This document shows positions 1 through 10,543 of a stretch of 64,000 nucleotides of DNA, piece by piece. Made by a program: the position numbers and the translations under genes. Every line of letters starts with the position of its first letter. Positions within the stretch are counted from its first letter, which is position 1. Source of the DNA: Pocillopora damicornis (lineage: Eukaryota); the NCBI RefSeq assembly GCF_003704095.1, contig NW_020845854.1, positions 186,001 through 250,000 on the forward strand, read 5' to 3'. The notes under the pieces are model-generated. The model was given only the letters and a program-made list of their open reading frames with translations. It ran no database searches and was not told the DNA's origin.

Positions 1-7
1 TGTGTAG

Positions 8-3000
8 GTGTGAAACAGCACTTGGTGAGTTCCTGAGAGGAATCAAGAGAGAAACCAAGAACATCAATTTTGCTGACATGGTCAATATTTTGGTTATTCA
101 CTCACAGTCAGAGGGTAGTATGATAGTCATTTTCAAGTTGCTATCTGTGGAACCTCAGTTATTAGACAGTCTTGATGATGTTAACAAGAACATGGTTATA
201 GCAATGAAAATATTGTCATTTTTGCAGATGAGGTCATACAATTTACTGCTATCACTTGGCTAAGGGAGTTCATCACACTATCAGGACGGACTATGCTGCC
301 CTTTAATGCAGGAATTTTAAAAGCAATATTACCTTGTATGGCATATGATCAAGATAAACAGAATATCCTTTTTGACTGTTATCATGACTTTGTTTAAAGA
401 CCCTCTTTCTTCCATACGAATTTGATTAAAAATAATTTTTTTTCAGTTTTTTCTCACCTTTTGCCCCTTTAACTCTCATGTCCTTTGGTGAATTACTCTA
501 TTTGTGGGAAGGAGACAAAAGGGGGACAGGGAGAAAGTTTTGCTCCCCCCCTACTCCCGTTACTGTTGCCCCTATGACTTTCATGTCCCCTTGTGAATTG
601 CAAATGTTTGTGCATGCCTCCCTTTACTTTCCCATTTCCTGTAACCCACCTGCCCCTACTCTCTCCGCCTTTGTGCTTCAGTTTTCCTCTGGTGCCATGG
701 TAGGAGTCTGCAAAGTCAGCCTCCAGCATTCTCAGTAGAGCTGCCTCTCAAGCAGATGTATTTGCTCTATATGCCAGATAATATTGACAGGTAACTCTGA
801 GCATTTTAGACTTCTTAATTAATCATGAATCAAAGTTCTGTCCTTGACAGTTATCCACATATCAAAGAGGTGGCCAAGACAGTCAATCAAAGCCTAATGC
901 GACTAATTACAGAAGATGATGATAAGGATGTTGATAGTGACACTGTGTCTATGGATTGTGACAATGATTTTGTACAGCCACAAACTCAAACTCAGCTGGA
1001 TCTTGGCCCTGTAGTAGATGTGCTAACAGTGCAGCTATCACATAAGTCTATACAAACCAGGATAGCTGTTTTACGATGGGTGTTATTGCTTCACATGAAG
1101 ACACCAAACAAGGTGGGTCTTACTGTCGTGGATTATTCAATATCATTTTTATGTTGAAGAAACTCTGTTGATAGAGGCTTAGTTTCACACATTTTACTTT
1201 GCAGCCATTTGATTGCACCAACAGCGTTTTTAGAAAACTAGTATAATAGCAATTAAGCCAAGGATTTAGGTGGACTCTAGAGTCACAACTTTCTGAGTAG
1301 TTTTCAAATAGGCAAATTAGAGAGGCTTGATGGACGTAGGGTGAAAGGGAGAAAGTTGGCCTTTCTTTTGAAAATGAGTGCTTCAGTCTCACAGTCACAT
1401 TGTGCAGGGTTTTTCTAGTAGGATGTATAAAGTGCTATTCTCAGTTAATCATAGTCTAAACTTTTCTTTATTTGTGTGACTGTACACTTGCACAAACATT
1501 TGAAATATGTTGCAGATATTTGGTCAAATTGAGCAGCTTTTCCCAGAACTTTTGAAGACATTGTCAGATCCATCAGATGAGGTAAGAGAGGCCCAGTGGG
1601 GTCATGGTTGACTCTGGACTAATAGTTAATGTTGTGTCAATGTGTAACTTAGATTATAATGGTTACATTTCTCCTTAGGTTGTTCTTCTTGTCCTAGAAG
1701 CACTTGCAGAGATCTCAGCCTCTCCAGCTGGTCCTCCAAGGAACAGTCCCTCTCAAAGCATGTCTGAAGGTAGCTTGCCAGGCTCAGAGCAGNNNNNNNN
1801 NNNNNNNNNNNNNNNNNNNNNNNNNNNNNNNNNNNNNNNNNNNNNNNNNNNNNNNNNNNNNNNNNNNNNNNNNNNNNNNNNNNNNNNNNNNNAGTGATGG
1901 GGAGGGGAGGGAGGGGCTGAAGGCAAAGGGGTTTGGAGTTACCTGTGATGGATTAGTCACTTCATACAGCAGAAATTGAGATTGGTAGTGCAATGGGTTT
2001 GATTGGGGTGAGGGGTGTTAGGATGAATATCAGATAAGTTTTCCTTCATGATAGGTTATTCATAGCACTTAAGAAATTGGAAAATTTTGTTGACCTGGGC
2101 TATTTTTTAGTTATTCATGTAGAATAGTCTTTCCAGTTCTTTTACACTATCATCCAGCTAATCATTTCTTTCTGAAAACCCTTCAAAGCCAACATCCTCT
2201 AGAAATTTCCTTGACTTAATTTTTACCAGTGGACATCTTGAGGTAAATGTTGAGTTTCTTATTCAGATTGATAAATTGGTTCAACTTATAGAGTCTCCAA
2301 TATTCACATGTGAGTAATACCTTTGCTATCAATTTCAATTAAGAAATTAAAATAAGTTTCTCTTGAGAGTTGGAAGCTGACTATGTAGAACTGATTTTCA
2401 TTAATGTTATCAGTGATTTTCTTTTGGCTGTTAAAGTAAGAGTACACAGTATAATGTCCTGACTAGTTCTACATATGGGTAGCATGCATCTGATTGGTCG
2501 AGAGGGTGTTTTTTTCCACCAATCACAGAGGAAAATTAATTTAAACAAGTGCTGTCTTGCGTTACTATTGACACTCAGACAGTACATTGCTCCAAGTAAG
2601 ACATTATCACATTAGACATTTTGGTGAGTAGTATAGCTGAGTACTTTTACAAGTTGTGCCCTATTTTGATGGGCCTGCAGGGGGCATCAAATAACAAACA
2701 AAAGCAAAGCGAACAGAGGGACAGTTTGCAACAATTCTTGTATAAAACTTAGGTCAGATTACAGTATATAGTAAACAATTTTCCAGTTAACCACACAATG
2801 TTGTTGGTTATTTGTACTCTATTTGATGCAGGTGGGTATCTTTTTTTACAGATTTACGTCTCCAGCTTTTGGACACACAAAAAAATCATTTTCTTTTGAA
2901 GTCCTTGTATGGCTTGCTGATGCTCCTTCCACAAAGTGATGCTTTTACAACCTTAAGAAACAGATTAGACTGTGTACCAAATGGAAGAGCACTGCCATCT

Positions 3001-3855
3001 GGCATAAGGTAAAATTAAAAAAATCTTAACAGTAACTATTGATGATTTTGGTTCACCATAAAGTCAAGTCTCTTATAAGCACTGAAGTTAATTATGATAC
3101 TTGTTCCATGTTCAAGTTTGTTATGAGAGCTTGGCTTTGGCAGAAATGATAAACTCTTAGAGATGTCAACTATTTAGATTTTTCTTTTTTCCAAGTCCCT
3201 TCTACTTGGTACCCCTAATTTGATGGCCATCCCTTGTCAATGATGTCTACCATCACCTGCATATTCAAAAACACTATTTTGGGTGGAACCTGCATGCATA
3301 TTTGAGAGATGCTGTAACTGAAAGGTAGCTCAATCAAGTCAAGAGGTCTGCTTTAGAGAACAGGCAGGGTGCATGATTGTGTTGTGCTCTTTGGCAAGAC
3401 ACAACCCTCACTATGCCCTGTCCACTCAGGAACCTAAATGGCTACTGGTGAACTGTAAGCAAAACCTGACAAAATGCTGATCAGAGTGGGGGGAGTAACC
3501 TGCAATGGGCCAGCATCCCATACAGGGGGGATGGAAACACTTCTTGTTGCTTCATGCTACAGAAACCAGAATAAGCTCTTCTTGGACAGGCCACTTGGTC
3601 AGTGTACAAATTTTACTTTTTTTTTTTCAGGATTGTAAGACTTATGGTGCATGATTGACCTAATGCTATTTTTTTTCCTTTCCATTCTTTCATTTCAGTG
3701 ATACTCATGGTGCACATGACTTCCCATTGCGTGAACATGTTCAAAGAATAAATTTCAAGGAACTCTTACACCAGTTCAAGACCGTACAACAAAAACATTT
3801 TATAAACAAACATTCTCGCTCTCCACACTTGGCTAAGAATTTGTTGAATGTGTAG
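8..3855 (+). CDS. VAC14: VAC14 (PIKfyve complex scaffold) homolog, 3' portion; 5' exons lie outside the window and some exons are lost in the N-gap
   Basis: Exons 8-114, 228-362, 859-1112, 1516-1581, 1679-1792 (runs into gap), 2230-2309, 2852-3008, 3699-3855 (TAG). Spliced peptides [13 protein letters not shown]...[109 protein letters not shown] match remembered VAC14 sequence. Confidence 0.95.
363..858 (+). other. U12-type AT-AC intron in VAC14
   Basis: Donor ATATCCTTTT at 363; branch site TCCTTGAC at 841-848; acceptor AC at 857-858. Removal restores the frame (…DQDKQ/N-IKEVAK…). Confidence 0.93.
1793..1892. other. Assembly gap (100 N); other gaps at 36869-37303, 40239-40312, 56320-56419 and 57548-57647
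   Basis: Runs of N. Confidence 0.99.
2207..2229 (+). other. Probable 3' end of a second U12-type intron in VAC14 (donor presumably hidden in the N-gap)
   Basis: U12 branch consensus TTCCTTGAC at 2207-2215, 14 nt before the AG ending at 2229; the donor is not visible. Confidence 0.6.
3317..3625 (+). mobile_element. Degenerate SINE-like repeat
   Basis: Shares blocks TTGTG…GGCAAGACAC, …TAAATGG(C/G)TAC…, GTAACCTGCA.TG.(A/G)C(T/C)AGCATCC, GAAACC…ATAA.CTC with 8345-8625 (+) and with reverse-strand fragments at about 11490-11600 and 32375-32620. Confidence 0.6.
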
Positions 3856-4079
3856 ATACCTTTTCAGGGTTTATATAATAACATATAAAAAAGTACAAAT
3901 TTTATTTTGAAGGTATTTCAAGTGTAAAATAATGTCATTAGTTTATAAAGATTGTTGACTGCCAGCTCAGTTGGATCAAAAATTATTAAAAAGATGATCT
4001 TTGTTTTAAGAATTGTTGATTAAGACTAGGCAAATACATTTTTGATATTTTACCACATAGTGACTGCCAGGAGACAGTA

Positions 4080-4279
4080 TTAACCCTTTACACCCTAACA
4101 TCAGTTTTGCATGTTCTCTATACTTTTCTTACAGTATTTAAAAGGATAATTTTTTAATAATCAAGAACTTCTTGAGTCTGCAATAATTTCCTTCATTCTC
4201 AGGATTTTTATTTCTGTTTCAGGGGGGGATACTGTTTGGAAAAATTAGATGCTTATAACTCTTAATGTCAAAGGTTTAA
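4080..4279. mobile_element. piggyBac-type MITE copy downstream of VAC14
   Basis: TTAA-CCCTTTACACCCTAACATCAG…TCAAAGGT-TTAA. Confidence 0.65.
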
Positions 4280-4862
4280 TGACCAGTGAAGCTTAAAGGT
4301 ATTGAGAGTAACATCTGAATAGTACTAATAAGAGGAAATCTCATGAAGGTTCAGCATCTTGTCCAAAATTTCTAGATTATTACAGCATACTGTAGTAAAC
4401 AGATGTTGAGTACAGTCAATTGGTGATGGTATCATGTTGATCCACACCTAAGTGGTAAGGAGGAAATGAAGGCTTTTGAGAAAGTACTATGCTGTGATAA
4501 TTGAGAATGGATGTACATGTACTCTTTTACCTTTTCAAGGTGAATTTATTAACTTAATAAAATAACAGCACACAATACAAAACACAAAGAAGAGTAGTAC
4601 ATGGGAATATGGATTTCAAACCATTTATTAGTTGTTCTGGCACCCCTCTTCCAAAATTTCTTCAGTCTGTGAAATTGTTTCCTTAAAAAATGATTTAATT
4701 TGCCTCTCATAAGAGGATAGAAGTCTTCATGAGTTAGAAATTGACAAAATAATATAAACTGATTTCCAGTAACAGTCTCCCAGCTCTTTGTATTTACATT
4801 GTCATTCAAAGTTCCCTAAGTTACTTAACAGTAACATTAAGCAGCAGGTCCATCGTCTTTCT

Positions 4863-7098
4863 TCAATGATGATCAGCAACCATGACATATCTTAATCCAC
4901 AATAACCACAGGCATGAGGTCCTTCCTGGTCCTGCAGCACATAAACATTCATTTGTTTGTGTTGTGTAGTGCATTCTTACAGAATTCCAATTACCCATAA
5001 ACATCATTAGAATCTTGATAAGAGGACCATATGGGACAGTGTGAGCAGGGGATGTGGGACAAAAGAAGTCCATGAAAAAAAGAAGAGGAAAAGCGGCCAT
5101 CATGTGATAAAATACTTATTGACTGTTAGGAAGGTCTTCCCACCCAGTTGATAAGTATGGCATTGTACAATAAGCTAACAAACCTTATCCCTTAATCTTG
5201 CCATACTAACATATAAAAACGTTTAGTATAGTTTAAGGGAAATAATCCCCACAATAGTAAATCAGTTTGTTAGTTACAGAGTTGATGTAAGGAATTATTG
5301 AAAACAGGTGTGGAAAACTGTGATCTGTTATTGTGATAAAAATTGAAAACTAAGACAGATTCTATACCTTACAATCTGTCTGTAAGTGCTCTTATCCCAT
5401 TAACAGATACTCCCTCAAGCAGAGAAGAGGGGAGGGGGAGGGGGGGGAGCATCAAGACACAACACATGTACATGTACATGAAACATGCAGAGGTTTGTTT
5501 TACCAGACAGACAATTTGCACAAAATACAGTAAATCCTACCAAGTTGATGTACACCTTAGGATGTCCAAGAGGTCCTCCTCCTAAGATAATAAGAATTAG
5601 GAGACAAGCAAATCAAATTTTCTTCACAGCTTATAATGATACGCAACTTTTATTTATCCAGGATCACTGTGAACTTTGAAATAAGTGGGCAAAAATACCT
5701 GCCAATCAGATGTGAGAAAACTAATCAGTGACTAAGAGTGATAAGTGGATCAATTTGTGGTTTGTTTGTATGTAATGATCTCCAGTGTGATTGGTTATCA
5801 CACAACAAACATTATAGTCCCAAATTACATCACGTGTCCAAATTTTCCAACTTTGAGAGTAAATCTCTTCTTCTGCCTCCCGAATATATAAAACATTAAA
5901 AGTTTGAAAGAAGCCAAACAGGTACATTTGACAAAGGAAAAAACAAAACAAACCATGCAGACTTTGTATGTGCAGCTAGAAATGATTCACCAAGTATTTA
6001 AGAACAGGCTAAGTGTTTCCTCTAAAACATTTGTTAATTTGAATTAACACAGAACACATGCTCAGTGTAATGTGATGCTTTAAAATTGAATTTGAGGACT
6101 GATCATCTTAGTAAAGATAATCTTGCCAAGACAGTTGTGGACAAAAGTGAATGACAGAGACCTCAATGACTCTAACTCAAGTTTTCAAAACAGTCTGATA
6201 TCAAGATTTCCTTATAACCCCATACTTTCCTATTCATGTAGTTTGTAGATTAAAAAAAATGACAAAAAAAAACTCTTTACTGTTAATCCTAAGACTTCCT
6301 TTTTATATGGGGTTAAAGCAAAGGTCGGAAAGATTTCCATATAAACCCATTCTATAGTAAAACAAAGCAGCAGTTCGTCAGGCAATCATTGCTTTCACCA
6401 TTGTTTTCTTTATCTTAGCACTGTATGAATAATGAAGTATGGGGCTGTGTGGAAATCTTGCCCAAAACTCTTTTTTAAAATCTTGCCCACACCATCAGAC
6501 TACACAAATACCGATCACTCTTAGGTTCAAACAATACAAAGCAGTAAGGCAAGGAAGAAGACTTAACCTCCATCACACCATACATGACGCCCATGAATCT
6601 CAATTGGTGGTTCTTCTGCGACCAGGTCAATTGCAAACTTCTCATTTACCTACAGGTAGGCGAAAATTAGAACTTAAAGTTGCACGATAAACTGCATGTG
6701 ATGCAATATGACTTAAATGTTTACTGATGATACCCACCCAGTCAGCTCTTTATTGCGCCAAAGCTGGCCTGTAATACCTTACTTGTAAATAAAAATGCCT
6801 TACCTCCTTTGGCCTGTCTATAAAGCGGGCCATTCTGTAATCGCTTGGTTCCCATTGCTACAAATTTCAGAGAACTTAATTAGCATTATAAGTCTGATAT
6901 ATGTGCCCACAAAAGTCATTTAAGTCATTAAAAATTTTGACTGTGCCGTGATTAAGCGAAATCCTTAACCACCTGTCCAGTGTGAGTCACTTTATCTGGA
7001 GAAGCAGAATTTGGAGCCGAAAAGTGGAGGGCCACGACGCCACGGAGGTTGTTTCTGACAAACAGTCGTCGAGAAACAACTCGCAAGGAGGCCGCCAT
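4863..7098 (-). CDS. NDUFS6: NADH dehydrogenase (ubiquinone) Fe-S protein 6, mitochondrial complex I subunit (123 aa)
   Basis: Exons (minus) 7098-6973, 6857-6804, 6649-6568, 5581-5541, 4931-4863, all GT-AG and in frame. Protein MAASLRVVSRRLFVR…[88 protein letters not shown]; Arg-rich transit peptide and CHCC zinc finger. Not visible in the ORF track. Confidence 0.97.
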
Positions 7099-7186
7099 CT
7101 TGACTTTAGATATCCCACAATGCTGTTCGCACGTATAAATGTACTTAGGTATGAGTCAGCGGTCTACCTCTGCAATCAACAACAAC
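7099..7186. promoter_or_regulatory. Compact bidirectional promoter shared by NDUFS6 and RP9
   Basis: 88 bp between divergent ATGs; locally CpG-rich; ZNF143/Staf-like TATCCCACAATGC at 7111-7123, TATA-like TATAAAT at 7134-7140, TGAGTCA at 7152-7158; both starts lie in AA(G/C)ATGGCG (YY1-like) contexts. Confidence 0.8.
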
Positions 7187-9929
7187 ATGGCGGACAGGTC
7201 GTCAGACAAGAAAACAGATAGAAAAAGAGGAAAAGGCGAAAGAAAGGAGGAAAGAAAGAAGAGGAAACGTAGTGAAAATGAAGAAATAGAACTGGCTAAA
7301 CATTATGAAACATTGTAAGAGTAAAAATTCTCTCAAACTATTTTTAGCGTCGGGAAAGAATATTTTGACCATGAGATTGTTAGGCTAGCAAATTTTGAAA
7401 TTGTGGCATCTGCAAAGGTTGAAATACATTCAGTTCCAATGGAATTTATATTTGCGTGTTATCATGACTGTGCTTGCCTTTTTAGCTATGAACAGCCACC
7501 CCCAGGGATCATAAAGGTAAGAGACTGGTATCTAACATTTTGTTTGTAAATTGTCTTGCGCTGGAAGTTAAGTTGCTCCGTAACTAAACACTCATTTTGG
7601 AGAGATTTGAAAGTAAAATTTCTGCACCTATTATGTTTATTCAAGAGTTTCCCTTTTGCGAAATTTTAGAGATGGCCTATACAGTTTTTGAGAATGTTCT
7701 ACGTGGGCTTCTATATTGCAGAAGAGTAACTTGGCAGAAAAGCACAGACCTGCCAGCAACCATGTTGCAACATTACCGCACCAACCGATTTTTACAATAA
7801 TGACAATGAATAGCTCACTTGACTAAGTATCTATAGTATGTGTTGCCAGTAATACCTTAACAAAGTTAACCTTTGCTGTCTCTGTATGGTAAGTTGGGAG
7901 TGCAAATTCATGATGATTTTGATGGCTCCTTTTCAACTAGGAGAAAGAGGAGCTTCCAGAAGAATGTATACCTGATTTACCTGAAAACCAGAGTGCAAGA
8001 GATTTTCTTTCCCATGCCCCCACTAAAGGCCTGTGGATGCCACTTGGAAAGGAGGTCAAAGTTATGAAGTGTGAGTTATATTCATTTGGAAACTGGATCT
8101 TCTTGAGTGTACATTACATTACAAGAGTTTTCTTCTCATGAAGTGTGTTATAGAGTATCATACATAGCAGGTCTTTCTGTTTCCTTTGTGAGAGAAGTGT
8201 GGGGGAAGTGTAAGCCCTTCATTTGCTTTCTTACGCTGCTCTCCTTTGTTGCTAATGGCTGTGTGACCAAAACAGGTACAGCATGTAGTGCACAAATCAG
8301 GCAAAATTTGGGAGTCTCTTTTTTTCATTTTATTTGGCTTTTGTGAAGTGGCTTAACAGTCATTGAGCTGGGCTCAAGGTCTAGAGGTGCTGTAGGGTCA
8401 TTATGTTGTATTTTCCAGCAAGAAACTTGACTTTCACAGTGCCTCTCTCCACCCTAGAGAGTAAATGGGTACCAACAAATTGCCAAGGGAACCTGGCAAA
8501 TGCTGGGGGGATGGGGGTGGGTAACCTGCAGTGAACTAGCATCCTATCCACAGGAGTAGAAATACAAAGTCCAAGTCACTTCAGAAACCTGGATAAACTC
8601 CAGACTCACTTACTTGGGTTTAAAACTTTAAATGATCTCTTATTTAGGTTGGCGATGTAAAGCCTATGGCCACAGGACAGGTGACAGGGAGTGTCCCTTG
8701 TTTATCAGTGGCAACAAAAACAGTGAAAAGTTTCGAATGGTGAGATCTTGTTGACTTAACTACAGACCAAATATTATGAGAGGTACTTTTAGTGAAAGTA
8801 ACAGACTACAAACTACTTAATATTAATTAAATAAAAGTATCTATTAGGGTCCACTATAAGTGGTGCAATCTGATTGGTTACACTATAAACCCTTTAACTC
8901 CCAAGATCTGATTGTTAATTCTCCCCTGTAGCTACTACACATAATTCCTTGTAAATTAGTTATGAGAACTTGGTGCTAGATCAAGATAGCAGCTTCTATC
9001 TGATAAGTTTGAATATTCTCATTACCTGTTTGCTGAAGAATGTATATATATATATATATTGTAGAGAGAAGTTTTATGCTAATCACTTCTGGGGGTTAAA
9101 GGGCTAACTTTCTATTCTTTGATAGATAGTGAAACTAGGGAATAGCTTCACAATATACAGTTGTAAACAAAAAGAAATGAAGGCACTTTTTTTTATTTTG
9201 TTATTAAGTTTTGAATTAAGTTTTAAATGACTGTTAAATATCTGTTAAACATGTACATTTTGTGCACCCTAATGTAAAAAAAATTTGATATACAAATCAG
9301 GCACATGAAGACCCAATGCATGAGTTCATTCAAGATAAAAAGAGAGCAGAAAAGGAAAGCAGGTGGGATATTGTTTTTGACCTTGTTTACACTCACTGGT
9401 GAAGTTTATCCATATTACTACAGAATGAGGCAGTTCGAGCTGTGGTCACTCTGCTTGATGTGATGCTAAATGTACATATATATATATAACCCACAACCAT
9501 TTTGTCTGGTTTCCCTGAAAGTTTTCCTGGTGGAGAGAGGTGCTCTGCATATTGAATTTTACAACATTTCATGACTTGCAGTGTCACTTTACAACATCAC
9601 ATCAGAATATGTCACTGTATCAGGTGATGCCACTTCATCTTACCAAATCAGTCAAGGAACATATCGCAGCTTCAGTTGGTAATCTTAATATTTTCAGAAT
9701 ACAACAGCTCAAGGCCTTACTTGAAGAGTCAACAACAAGCGAGAGTGATTCAGAGAAAAGCAGCAAAAGTTCTGGTGATGAAGACAGAAAAAAAAGACAT
9801 AAAAAATCCAAGGTGAAACATAAACGGAAAGAGAGCAAAAAACATCGACGTAAACACCGGAAGTTATCAAAACACAATGACGGTGATAGAAGGAAAGATG
9901 ATTCAAGGGAGAAAAAGGACAAAAGATGA
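7187..9929 (+). CDS. RP9: Retinitis pigmentosa 9 protein / PAP-1 homolog, splicing-associated (about 224 aa)
   Basis: Exons 7187-7314, 7486-7516, 7941-8070, 8648-8739, 9301-9362, 9698-9929. Motifs KHYETFYEQPPPGIIK, ECIPDLPEN..ARDFLSHAPTKGLWMPLGKEVKVMKCWRCKAYGHRTGDRECP (zinc knuckle), AHEDPM, RIQQLKALLE, Lys/His/Arg-rich tail. Confidence 0.95.
8345..8625 (+). mobile_element. Degenerate SINE-like repeat (same family as 3317-3625)
   Basis: CACAGTGCCTCTCTCCACCC…AAATGGGTACC…GGTAACCTGCAGTGAACTAGCATCC…GAAACCTGGATAAACTCC. Confidence 0.6.
8886..9107. mobile_element. piggyBac-type MITE copy in RP9 intron
   Basis: TAAA-CCCTTTAACTCCCAAGATC…GGGGGTTAAAGGG-CTAA. Confidence 0.7.
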
Positions 9930-10543
9930 GAATTTTAGAACAGGGGATAATATGGCATGTGTTATCAAGTTATCATCATTTGTCAAAAGGCACGTGGTCA
10001 GATCTGTTGGAGCCTAGCCCTCCACAATCGGAGTCTGTTAGCCGAGACAGGAAGTTGGTCCTGTTGAGATCGTGTCGAGAAGAGGCTTTCGGCAAAACAC
10101 ATAAAATGTGATCCCTTAACCTGGATGGAGGAAATCCCTTGTGCACTAAGGCAGATAGATATGAAATCACATCCGCTATTTCCGTAGAGTTTTCGGTCCC
10201 CGAAAAAAACGGAGGTTGCCAGAACCGGCTCTCCCACTCAGTCAATAGGTACATATCAAGTTGAGAGTCGAAAATAGTTTAAAAAACAGAAACGTTTTGG
10301 AGAAAGACAAAAGTTTAATCCCTCAGTATCACCTAGTAAATATAGCTACACATATTCTTATGCTTCTAGAGTTCAGTCTGTATCGACAGAACACACAAAT
10401 CCCCTGTCGTTCGTTTAGTATACCACACTACTTGTGCCAGCTCAAGAAACGTGAATCTGTTAAACAGCAGTGTGACAAAGGCAATCCTCTTGAAGCCCAC
10501 CACTTAAAGTAAAGCGAACCACTTCCATTGTCATCACTTTGCA

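Noticed and set aside
6961-6970. Perfect U12 branch consensus TCCTTAAC
   Set aside because: It is on the + strand, antisense to NDUFS6 at its donor site, and there is no + strand gene here.
9926-10263. ORF after the RP9 stop with an in-frame TGA (possible readthrough or selenoprotein) and overlapping minus-strand ORFs
   Set aside because: No recognisable homology, no SECIS-like structure seen; it lies between convergent 3' ends and ends in a repeat-like terminus.
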